This document shows positions 51,065 to 62,461 of a DNA stretch of 64,000 nucleotides, piece by piece (position 1 is the stretch's first letter; each line of letters begins with the position of its first letter). This DNA is from Perna viridis (Eukaryota), in assembly GCA_037379345.1 (NCBI GenBank), contig CM074519.1, positions 4,278,001 to 4,342,000 of the forward strand. Direction: 5' to 3'. A program made the position numbers and the translations under genes. A model generated the notes under the pieces. It did no database searches and had not been told where the DNA came from. It was given only the letters and a program-made list of their open reading frames with translations.

Positions 51065-52801
51065 TCATGTTAAAATGTTTGCAATATAAAGTTTTGAAAT
51101 CTTAGATTTTACGCCCTGTCTCCGCTGATTTTTTTCCCATTCACTGTAACAACCAATCATTAACCGACCCCTTTTGTCTATATTCAGACTCGAGGGATGT
51201 TCTATTCCAAGCCCTTCGGTACAATTAGTGATAAATTGTCCGTTCATAGAAAGCAAGTGAATTGCATGCGAGTCACGATCAGCAACAATGACATACCCAG
51301 ATGATGTTGTTACAATGTCATATGGAGTGAATATTGTGCTGTCATTTATGCTTGGATGTCCGCCATATGTCCATTGTGGAGTACCCCATTCATTCAAGGT
51401 AACGACCTGTCCCGTTCTAGGCTTATAGTTGTGTTCATTGTCTGTTTCAATTTCGAATGTTTTGTGATCGATAATGCAAATATCTTGATTAATGTTCATT
51501 ACGATTTTTGCAGGATAAGATAATAACCGTCTGTCTTCTGTAGAGTTATATTCAAATTTTCTTATTTTTTTCCATGAACTTGCTATATTTCTCTTGAATG
51601 TTTTAGAATATATCAAGATACCTGCTTCAATGGCAGAATATGAACTTGTGCAGTATCCTATTATCATTTTTAAATTTGAGACACATATTCCACATGATAT
51701 CAGTGAATCAATATCTTGGAAATTAAAACCTGAAGATCCATTTGCAAAACATTGGATTGTATTTTTTCCCTGTGAAAGTAAAATTCCGTGATCGCAGGCG
51801 GCTATGTCGACAGCCTTGGTTGAATAATCGATCGTATTGTTATTATTTTGTGTATAGGACAGAGTTGGTACAAACTTCTTTCCTGACATCATAAAATGTT
51901 GGAATTGTTTGTATTTCTTACTGTACAAAACACTGTTCTCATTATCAAAGGAGGTAATTCCTGATATATCCGGCAATGTAACATCGAATGAAACAAGGTT
52001 CTTTAATTGAGGTACTCGCAGAACAATTCCTAGACAGTCATTATCAATATAGGTAAACTTTGGAATGTCGCTTGGGTTTTCAAATGGTGCTGTCTCAGGA
52101 ACGTATAAAGGGATCTGTTCCGGTAAAGAAAATGTTTCCGAGGGGCTCGAATTCTCGAGTGCACTTTCTATTTGAAGTTTTCTTTCCTTTAATTCCTTTT
52201 CAATCTTAGCATAATACTCCTTTTTCTTTGTAATATGATTATCCTCAGGATTCCAGATAGCTTGCAATTCGGTCAAAAGATTTTCCGCTTCGTCAGTAGT
52301 TTTCTCGTTTAGTATTTGTTTCTTTTCTTCAATTTTCTCTTTAATTTCGTTGTACTGCTCAAACAGCATAGAACCGATAGCTGTGTATCTCGTGGTATTT
52401 TCGTAGAAAAGTTGGTAACTCTGGTCAATAGATGTTTTCATTTCAACAAGTTTAGATTTTCTTATGTCAAAAATTTTTGCTAACTCTTCACGCTGATTTG
52501 GTTGAATGACACACGATGCGCAAACGGACTTGTCACAGTTCTGACAAAATAAAAGACACGTGTTTTCTCGATGGGTTGAACACCGTACTTGATTTAGCTT
52601 CACCTGCTTAGACTCCTCTAAATTATAATTTTCTTTACTCTCAGTACTCACCCTTTGAATAATATGATCATGTAAATTCTTGATTTTTGAGTGGATATTC
52701 GTACAACATGTATCACACATACTAAGACTGCAAGTTTCACAATGCCATTTTATATCGAACGAAATTTCACAAAATTGACAACGTAATATCTTTTCGGCCA
52801 T
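51065..52801 (-). CDS. RING-less TRIM-like protein (B-box x2, coiled coil, NHL/beta-propeller), intronless, 578 aa
   Basis: CQFC..CETCSLSMCDTCCTNIH..HDH (B-box), CSTH..LFCQNCDKSVCASC (B-box), a Glu/Lys-rich helix, and NHL-like FTPYDIVTTSSGYVIVAD and HPSSLNID..LMIGC. Belongs to a family expanded in bivalves. Confidence 0.9.
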   Translation of the reverse strand: MAEKILRCQFCEISFDIKWHCETCSLSMCDTCCTNIHSKIKNLHDHIIQRVSTESKENYNLEESKQVKLNQVRCSTHRENTCLLFCQNCDKSVCASCVIQPNQREELAKIFDIRKSKLVEMKTSIDQSYQLFYENTTRYTAIGSMLFEQYNEIKEKIEEKKQILNEKTTDEAENLLTELQAIWNPEDNHITKKKEYYAKIEKELKERKLQIESALENSSPSETFSLPEQIPLYVPETAPFENPSDIPKFTYIDNDCLGIVLRVPQLKNLVSFDVTLPDISGITSFDNENSVLYSKKYKQFQHFMMSGKKFVPTLSYTQNNNNTIDYSTKAVDIAACDHGILLSQGKNTIQCFANGSSGFNFQDIDSLISCGICVSNLKMIIGYCTSSYSAIEAGILIYSKTFKRNIASSWKKIRKFEYNSTEDRRLLSYPAKIVMNINQDICIIDHKTFEIETDNEHNYKPRTGQVVTLNEWGTPQWTYGGHPSINDSTIFTPYDIVTTSSGYVIVADRDSHAIHLLSMNGQFITNCTEGLGIEHPSSLNIDKRGRLMIGCYSEWEKNQRRQGVKSKISKLYIANILT

Positions 52802-52918
52802 TTTGAAATATTGATCGAATATTTGTAGCGCTCAGGTTCAGGTATTTGTCGTATTTTATCTGAAATCATTCATTTGCTACGCATTTAATCGCACGTATCG
52901 AATTTTGTTAATAGTACG

Positions 52919-53147
52919 CGGGCTGAGATAACCCCCGTGCACCCCACTCATCAACCAAAATATGATTTTCAGGTACCCTTACACCTCCCATTTGCGATTT
53001 TTTTTGTCGCCAAAAAATTAACTGAAACATGTTTGTATTTTTTGTCTACTTTTTATACCTTGTTGAGGCGAAAATCTATTTTTTACGTTCTTTGATTTTT
53101 CGAACTTAATTGAAAAGTGGGGTGCATGGTGGACCTTCCCAGCCCAT
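52919..53147. mobile_element. MITE just upstream of the TRIM-like start codon
   Basis: gggctg..cgtgcaccccact / agtggggtgcatg..cagccc inverted termini. Confidence 0.65.
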
Positions 53148-53228
53148 GGACTAATAATGTCAAGTGGCAAAAGCTAAAAGAAAGCCATCGAATTGACACA
53201 TTTTAGTTCTAAATCTGTAACAAGACTA

Positions 53229-53990
53229 CAACTTGGAACGATCCGTGAACATGACCGTCAAGTCACGAACTATTGCTAGGGAAATGAGGATATGGTGTTG
53301 AGATATAAGGAATTGTTGAAGCAAGATGGAAAGACACAGGGCAAATGCGTTTATCATCAGGAGAGAAAATACTTTACTCAGGACATGTTGAGGAGTAGGC
53401 CATTCATTGGGAAGCATCCAAGGAAACACAGAAAACAATTATTGAATAGGAACCAGTGAGCCCAAGAATAATTACTACAAATTTTAAAACGGCACATAAC
53501 CGCATATCACTCAACATCATTCAATGCTATGCCCCAACCAATAATTTTGTTTGCTACTTGAGGAAACAACAAGAAAATGTAGTGCAAGAGACATCACCAT
53601 CGTCATTGGAGATATTAATGCAAAGGTAAGAACAGATAACATCGGCTTTGAAGAAATAATGGGAACAAAAAATATAGGTACTATGAACGAGAAATGAGAA
53701 TTTTGCAAGTTTTTGTGCCACATACAACCTCAAAAATCAACACCAAAATCAGATTGTGAAACTCTAATATTGGCTGTGAGTCTGGAAAAACTACAAAATA
53801 CTTCATAAGTAAGTTACAAGTCTGTATTTATAACTGCTTCAAACAAATGCCGAAGATCAGATGGCCCGAGAAAATCACAAATGTATATCTATGAGAGAAG
53901 ATCAAACAACTCCTTGTAGAGTCAGAACTGAAGAAGCGGAAATAAGAAGCGAAAATGGCGCTGGATAGGTCACACCTTACGAAAGCATCC
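53229..53990 (+). mobile_element. Degenerate, internally deleted RTE-clade LINE
   Basis: APE endonuclease remnants (TWN.., EARW, LNIIQCYAPTN, IVIGDINAKV) joined to C-terminal remnants (IRWPEKITN, WRWIGHTLRK); stops and frameshifts present. Confidence 0.8.
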
Positions 53991-54019
53991 AATTGATACC
54001 AAAGGTATATGCAAATAAG

Positions 54020-54360
54020 TACGATATGGTTGTCATTTGGATTCTAAATACCATTCAACTCTGTCAGAAGGTCTTAGCTTCAGCTGTAGTTTCCTCGTTC
54101 TTTCTTCAATTTTCTCTTTGATTTCACTGTAATTTATATGCACCACAGAACCAATGTCTTTTAACTCTGTAGACTGTTCATTGAATATTTGGTAATTATT
54201 TGCAAGTGTTTATATTACGTTTGTTAATCTAATCTTTCTAACATCATAAATGTTTGCCCAATTCTGGCACTGATGCGAATTTATCACATGCAATTCTGCC
54301 AAAGTAATAAGCATGACTTCTCTTTGTGAGTGGAATACTCTGTCTGGTTCAGTTGAACTT
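54020..54360 (-). pseudogene. Pseudogenic fragment of a paralogous TRIM-like gene (B-box2/coiled coil)
   Basis: Aligns to 52230-52600 (e.g. tttcttcaattttctcttt, agaacc, tttct..atca..aa..tttgc) with indels. Confidence 0.7.
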
Positions 54361-56998
54361 TTTTTTAGTCCAAACTAGAATTAGAATGCCCCCAGGTTTT
54401 GGTGGAGTCCGAGTTGCTCATTTACTTTTGTTACTTTGTATGTATGATTTTATTTATTGTATGCTCTTTGTTGTGTGCCTGTCTGTTTTCTGTGTCTGTT
54501 CTTTGTCCCTTGATTGCATTTTTTTAATTGCCGCTAGAATCTTGGTTACCTTGATTACTCGTTCACGTGTTATCAAACGGCCAGTTGCTTCCATTCCGAT
54601 TCCCCTTTATTTTTAATACATATTGTTTTTTGATATTCTATCAGTCTCATGTTCACTTAAGAAAAATAAGGAAAATTGATCTCGTCGTTAGGATTTGACT
54701 TCCAAGTAATTACTTGATAAAACATTCTGTACGGAGGCGCACATTTCCTTTCAATAGTTGTTTTAAATTAAATAATGTAGTGACGGTTAACCGGTTCATG
54801 GAAATACTTCTTAATACAATAGTTTTTTTGTTTTAAGTACTTAAAAACGCAGAGATTGTATTGCATTATCCAAGTATTTATACCTTGTAACCTCCAGAAA
54901 TAACCATCAAAGTGCTTTTAAAATTTTCCTTTTTAAGATATTGATAGGTCAATTTTAGTTGAAATGCACTATGGAAAAATGGCGGAAAATTTTCATTAAA
55001 TGATACCATGCAATATACACTTTCAATGGAAAATCTTTTCAATTAGTCCAGGATGCAGTAATAACTTTGTCAATACTGTAATGTCATTCCTTCCATTTTA
55101 TCAGTTGTAGGGCGTTCTACATAATAATTGGGTATGTATTTTTCTCTAAGCGATTTTATTTTACCATTATCATATAAAAATAATGATAGTCATCCCCTAT
55201 AAAATTCATATGTCAGAGATTACAATTTCGTTCATTTAATGGATAATTTCAGTAGTAGCCCTTGTAAAAATCTATTGTTTTTAAAAAAAATGAGTCTTTT
55301 CCTTACAAGATAAGCATATCTTTAAGTTCTCTGATTTGTATAAGAAACATTGCTGACTGTGACGACATAGAACTAACTATGCTTGTCATGTAACAGTGTG
55401 GTGTTAATGGAAAAAAATCAACAGTCTGTATACTTTTACAATTGTAAGACTACCGGAAGGAAGACTGTCGTAAGTGAAGTTTTAATGAGTTAGACTATGG
55501 AACGTTTAATATCTCTGTGTATTACTATTTGAAAGGGTTGGGTTTAGTCGTGCATTTGGCAGACAAATGAATAAACCTCTGTTTGTTTAGTTTAAACATT
55601 TTTATTTGTAATTAATAAAATGGATCAGACACAAGTAAAATAACATACTTATGAAATCTTCTGAAATAATAATAACAACAATAAAGTATAGGCATACAAA
55701 TTCACTAGTGTTTTTTTATGTTTTACAAAGTTAAGACGAGACAGTTAAAATATAACATTTGGTAATGCGATGAGATGTGATGTGATGTTTTCATAAGCTG
55801 AATAAAGGTACAAAATAACTAGTAAAATGTTTAAGAAAGGTATTTTGGGGTAATGTTGAGTATAAAATTACACGTAAATAGTCAAGGAAGCTTATCACAT
55901 GTCGGGTAGCCTATAAAAATGGACGTGAATTTATTGACAGAGTTTAGTGTAAAACTGCAGTATTTTATCAACAAGTGACTTTTTATGGACATGACATCTA
56001 ATAAGTCAATCTCACTAGGAATTTGTTTTTCTTATTAAGTGGCATGTTATGATGCTAATCTCGCGAACACGAAACAGTTATATCATGTTTAAAAGTAGAG
56101 CACAGTGTGGTATAAATAAATAGAAATGGCAGTTTAGATTCAGTTACAAAGTTTCATCAAAATTGTTATGCGTCAGTACTAGTGAAAATGGAATGAAAAT
56201 TTATAGGTAAGATAAAAATTCTTACACCCAGTGATATCTCGAAAGAACACCCTTTAATTGTCAATTCATCTTTAATCATTGATGTGAAAAAATATGGATT
56301 TTAAAACATTTTCCTTGTTCTTTGTCGAACTCAAGACATTTTCAAGTATAGAATAAACATATCTTAATGGCCCGTCGATCTATCCCCTTTTTTAACACTC
56401 AATTATTATAAACATCTTCATTCTGAACACAATTTCAAAATTAACATTAAACTACAATATACAAAAGAAGTAAGCGAAAACGAAAACGGTATCTTCGTAT
56501 CTTCGCTTTCATGCTGTTATTGATATTCTATTTTCAATCAAATATAATAAAATGATAGTAAGACTTATATAAAGTAATAAATTTCTTTGAGTTTCTCCCC
56601 TTTCCTTGTTCAACTAAATCCCACGTATCAATCTCAATTTAGCAAATTACTGTATTTACAAAACGGTATCCTCATAATGGAACAAAAGAGTGGATAAAAA
56701 TATTTTTGATACAGACTCATATCGCAAAATAACAACATATATTTGCATTTAAGAGCAGATTTTCAAAGATGAGGTTTATTCGAGGATTAGAGAGCAACAT
56801 ACATAACACACAAAATTTTCTAAATACCTTGAATGACAGTAACCCTGGGAATAGTTTTACCTTGATACAAATTGCTAATATGTCTTTGTTCAATGTAAAC
56901 CTTGATGTTTTCCCTAAGTATGAATCCCTTTAAAAATTGTAATTAGTTAAAATCTCGTCGTTGTCGAGATATTAATGATTTCATTTCTTTATCATTAG

Positions 56999-57350
56999 GA
57001 AATAGTAAATGTACCTTTCTCGTTGGTTTTACAACAAGAAAAAAAAAATTCCTGCCAATACTGTTTTGAAATTTGATGACATTTAACTCAACACAAATGG
57101 GTGTTACAACAAAACATCTGGAAAATTTACTGCATCGGAGGTCGGGTTCTACACCTTCCCGTGAACTACCGTTTCTAATTAAGACTTTTCTCCTGTGTTG
57201 ATACACGAAGGGGGCGTAGTGTCGGAGAATGCCATTGACAAAGACACGGTGATAGTTTTGAATGAAAGTCAAACAATGCGTCAGGTACAGTCTTTCGCTA
57301 AAAAACCGGATCAATACATGTTCACTATTTTCAAGATTTAAAGACAGTAG
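56999..57350 (+). pseudogene. Pseudo-exon of a globular C1q domain
   Basis: TFLVGF..PANTVLKFDDI*LNTNGCYNKTSGKFTA..GFYTFP*TT..NTCSLFSRFK, with in-frame stops and a deletion; paralogous to 58738-59153. Confidence 0.85.
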
Positions 57351-58737
57351 AACAAATGTTTCTAGTGGTATTTGTAATATATGTAGGGTAAAGTGTGTTG
57401 CAGCGAGCTTTTACCTCTCATGTCTGTTTTCGAAAACCTTTAACCTGAATATCAATAAAATATTAAAAAGCTATATGTCATTTTTTAAGTTATCAGTTAC
57501 AAAATTAAAATGACTTTTAAAACCGTTGGACACTACCATTACTGACATCTTAGTAATGGTGATTAGTTCAATGGCCAACTAATACACAATAATTGTTGCC
57601 GATGTAAAGACAAATTAAACTTAAATTACGTTTTCACTTAAACTGGTGGAAAATTGAAAAATTTCATAATTTCTGGTGTGATATCTTACACGATTTTCAC
57701 CTCGATTGTGGTTATTTATAATAGTAATATAGTTAAAAATCAGAAGTTACAAAACCATTACATTGACCTCATGATTTTCATAGTAGAGAGTAATAAGCAA
57801 ATGTTAAAACTTGCAGAACACTACACAAAATATGGTATTATAAAACCATAACAAAATCTTAAAAATAAAAACAAAAATAGTTTTATATAACAAAGCTTCT
57901 TATAGTGTATGCATAGTTAAGCATCAATAACGTTATCGTATTTATCCATAAGAGGATTTCAGTGATAAGATTGTAGTCTCTACTTTAGAGACAGCACTAT
58001 TCTTTCCATTTTAATAAAGGTTAGATGAAGTTTCGTCAATTCAAGGGTTAACATGACAAGACTTATCAGCCTTGTGTCATTTTAATGAGTTCTTGATTTT
58101 TTTAAACAAAGACTTGCACTTCTAAATTTAAAAGGAACCGACAGTTTTCATCTTTTTGAAGGCTCGCAATCGTCGATTTAAAGGCACAAAAACCCATTTA
58201 AACCTTGATAATTTATCGCTTTCATATGTACACTTCTTCAGAAGTAAAATATATCATATAAACTGTTTTATATATTTTCGCACTCGCGTTGGCAAGATAA
58301 AGTAAATCACCGATAAAAGCAGTAATTTTCAAACTAGGAAGTTGACAGCAAGCATATACACTTCATATTCACTTTTAACGAGGACAGACCAACAATTCAA
58401 ATGTTTTTCTTTGCCTTGTGTTTCTATTTCTGCCCGTTTATTGAAGGGTTTTGAAGCGTATTGAGTTATCTTTCCCTTAGTGAATTACTGAAACACTTGT
58501 TAGGTTTGTTCAAGTTATCGCCCCGCAACGCTTTGGGAGCTATACAATAAAAACTTTTCTTCATTCCTAGACAGTATCATAGTTTTGGCACGGGATGAAA
58601 AGTCCTTTTTGTTCTAAAGATTTATATAGTTGTGACGATGTTGGTTGCAGTATCTACGTTATTTATGACATTTGTCTTAGTTTCCTACGTATGTTTATAA
58701 AAAAGTCTATACATGTTTCATTATTTTTATTTTACAG

Positions 58738-59153
58738 AAAAGACAAAATATGCCTTTCTCGTTGGGTTCAAATCAAGTAAGAGTAATCTTGCTGCTAATA
58801 CAATACTTAAATTTGACAATGTCAAACTAAACACGAATGATTGCTACAATAAAACGTCTGGAAAGTTGACTGCTCCGAAAGACGGCTTCTACACATTTTC
58901 ATGGACAACGATTTCGTTACCAGGCCAAGACTTTACTTCCGTTCTAGTACATGACGGGGATGTTGTGGCAACTAATCCAGTTGATAGCGATTCATCGAAT
59001 GATTATATGACTGGGTCGTCCACTGTCGTAGTGGAAATGAAAGCTAGGGAACAAGTATTGCTGAAAGTTTACTCAGGGGAAGGAGATTATCTGTATGCTT
59101 ACTGGAATGATGCCATATACACTTGTTCAATGTTTTCGGGATTTAAGTTGTGA
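58738..59153 (+). CDS. C1q-domain-containing protein, terminal gC1q exon (upstream exon not identified)
   Basis: tttacag acceptor; KYAFLVG..ILKFDNVKLN..YNKTSGKLTAPKDGFYTFSW..STVVVEMKAREQVLL..MFSGFKL*. Confidence 0.8.
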
Positions 59154-59950
59154 ACATTTATAATCAATATAAGTTGTTTAAATTTATAAGTAGATATCAT
59201 AAAATGTTATACTTAGTGAGACTAGCCATGCTAATGATTTCTTATAAATGGTCTTCAATAACAGATATTTTTCACGAACGACAGTTGTTCTTCTTTCGGG
59301 GTGTCTTTAAAGTGTCTGGTATGAAAGCATTTGACAATGTCTTCCCTTCATTTAAATGTTTTCTGTTAAATCAGATTCACTGGTATAAATAATATTATTT
59401 TTGGTAAAAAGTTATTTCAATAAAAGAATTCATTTTTACTACATGGTTCAAGCACACCAAATTCAGGTCTTCAAAAAACACGTAATAAGCGGTTTTTGAA
59501 AAGTTGTGTATTTGAACGTAACTTAATTATTTTCCGACGAGTTATGTTCATATAATTTGGTTTCTGTCTCAAGACTATGGTTAAATTAGTGTGTGTGTGT
59601 GTGTGTGTGTTGTTTTATTGTTTTATTACTATTTCTATACACTCTTAATAAATGGGAATAATCTCAACCATAAATCGTTTCACTTACAAAAACAAATCAA
59701 TGAGAGTATCGATTTAAGTCCTTTGTAACAACATTAAAACAAACTAATAGGACAAACCGATTCAACTCTTTACACTGTAATGAATTATATTAACTCACAC
59801 CAGAATATTTGAACAAGTTATTTCATTCTATCACAAGATGTTAAGTTATTTTTTAAACTAGTTAATAATAATGATATCTCTATCGGGATTGTAGAAATCA
59901 ATAATCAAGAACTTTGGATTTTGAGAATAGAGTTGCGTTATTAGCAAAGA

Positions 59951-60320
59951 CGATGCAGATTTTTATAAACATTTTGTCGTTGTCTACCCTTTAACCTACA
60001 TGCCTTTTTATAAGATTGAACTAGTTCTACAATTTGGACAGGTTTAGCAAGCAAGCAGACAATATCTGACGATGGAAAAATATCTGAAATACAAAAACCA
60101 TCAGCGCAATTTGACAGAAGAAACTTAGGAAACTTAGTCAGTTCACTTCTCAGCTCTCTTGAAAACAAAATGGTCATCAAAGATGCATCAACGGGTCAAT
60201 TTATGTAAAGAAATTGAAGTGAAGTTCACACATAGCGATGTTGAGAAGACGGCTTCCGAATTACAACAAAAGTTGTTACATAAAAAAAGGGAAATGAAAG
60301 ATTAAAGCTAGAACTAGAAC
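59951..60320 (+). pseudogene. Degenerate copy of C1qDC exon 1 (signal peptide plus coiled coil)
   Basis: Matches 62462-62850 (atgcagat.., atggaaaaat.tctg, cttgaaaacaaaat, ttccga.ttacaaca, gaaatgaaagatt.aag.tagaact) with frameshifts. Confidence 0.8.
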
Positions 60321-60334
60321 TACATAATGATGGT

Positions 60335-60850
60335 TTTTAATGCGCAAAGTTGGTATACAATCACATGTTGGCTACATTATTAGAGTTTTTAATGCGCAAA
60401 GTATGTATACAATCACTTGTTGACTACTAAATAAGTGTTTTGTTATGCACAAGGTATGTAAACAATCACATATAGACTCCGTAATGAGAGTATTTTATGC
60501 ACAAAGTGTGTATACAATCACATGTTGACTACATGATGAGAGTTTTTTTATGCATAAAGTATGTATATAATCATATTGGACTACATGGTGAGAGTTTTAT
60601 TATGCATAAGGTTTATAAACAATCACATGTTGACTACATGATGAGAGTTTTAATGCGAAAAGTATGTATACAATCACATGAATGCTACATGATAAGATTT
60701 TTTTTTATGCGTGAAGTATGTATACAATGATATGTTGACTACATGTTGAGAGTTTTTAAGCACAAGGTGTGTAAACAATCACATGTAGACTTCATGATGA
60801 GAGTTTTTGTATGTGCAAAGTATATATACAATCACATATAGACTACATGG
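60335..60850. repeat. ~54-bp minisatellite, ~10 units
   Basis: atgcacaaagtatgtatacaatcacatgttgactacatgatgagagtttt. Confidence 0.9.
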
Positions 60851-60859
60851 AAGATGATT

Positions 60860-61250
60860 TGGAATTGGTTTTTTCCACAAGTATGAGGAATCGCCTACAA
60901 GAACTACATATTTGTATATAAATGTACCTTTTTTGGGAGGGGTAACAACGAATGTATAATGATTTTTTAGATGGGATTTCAACTGACTATAGGGAAAAGT
61001 AATACAAAAGGTTGAAAAATCTCTGGTCTTGACGCTATTATATTCTGATAATAATCTAAGATTGAGGGTTTCCAGATTATCTTTAGAATTTTTCGTGATC
61101 CACATTAAATTGATGACACTAGAGGAGTCACCAGTGTCGTGGTAAGACTGAAGACAGTCTTTGTCAGCTGTAAGTAAGGAAGTTTATAGTTTCAAAAGAG
61201 GCTTCGTAGTACATTTTGCAGATTCAGCTATGAAGCTTTGTACGTATAAA
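60860..61250 (-). mobile_element. Penelope-like element reverse transcriptase fragment
   Basis: FIAESAKCTTKPLLKL*TSLLTA..INLMWITKNSKD..SVKTRDFSTFCITFP resembles the PLE RT motif region (DFSTLYTxIP). Confidence 0.7.
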
Positions 61251-62461
61251 TCCAGCAGATCTTTCGAATTTTTCATCCTAGAAATTTATCCTTAAAACTA
61301 ATGTTGTCCTTTATTGTTGTAAAAAATACGCACTCCACATCTTGCATGAAGCAATCATAAACATATTTAAAATAGTGTTAATTTATATTTCAATTTTTGT
61401 CGGTAATTAAAACAGCAGGGTTTATCATACAGAAAAATCTGGCAATCACAGGAGTAGACCTATTTTTGTATTTCTGGATTTTCCACGAGAAGACGCATCG
61501 GACTATAAAACTGTAACAACATAAAGATTCCAGCTGTTACTCTTACATCTCGGTGAAATCTGATAATCTCCAGTATATCATAAAAACGCAATACAATATA
61601 AAATGCAGCACTATCCCGGTTTCTCTGTCTTATATTTGACCAACATTACAACAATATTGTGAAGCTGTCTGACCAAATGATAGGGTGTCGTTTTTAATTT
61701 TCTTAAAAGTGGTCTTACTGTTTACTTTTACAGTGATGGGCGATATGTACAAGTACTGCAGTACAAATATTTACTGAAAATTAAGTTTTTAATTTTATTT
61801 AGTTTACTAAAAGCACGGTGTCTGGTTCCTAAGAATAAAAACAAATGTTTCTTTTCCTTTAAAGACTAATTTGCTGTGAATGAATTTCAGTTTTTCATGT
61901 CTGGTCTTTGTAACTGGATAACATTCTTTTGATTTCTGGTTCCTTTGATTACTCTCTCAGCATTTTCACAGTGGAGAAAGAAATGTTCATACGACAGAAT
62001 CAGCGTAAATAAATACGTTAACAATGGTGCATGGTATATATCTTTGTTGTCGCATATTTCTACTTGGTATGAGCGGCACAAAACTTCAATACACTTAAGT
62101 CTGAGAATATTCTTAACTTTTCTGAATTTCCATGGTAAAACCAATCTAAGTTTTTGTAATTAATGACGTCACAAAAACTTGAGATTTTTTTCAGACTTTT
62201 TTCAAGTTTTGTGGCGCTGGGGCCTGAACATTTAAATATTGACGAAAGGACACAGCCTGGACACATTATCAAGTAATTCGTAAAACGGTTACGATTTGGC
62301 TCTACATAATCTAAAAATGATTAAACGACATATCAATGATAAAGAATAATAAATTGTTTATACCAAATTTGACCAAATGGGGATTGTTATAATCTTATCT
62401 GTAAAAATACACAAGGACGTTGGGTTTGCCTCTTGACTAGCACCTTACTTTAAATGCGGCC

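Noticed and set aside
56943-57314. 123-aa minus-strand ORF
   Set aside because: Antisense shadow of the C1q pseudo-exon.
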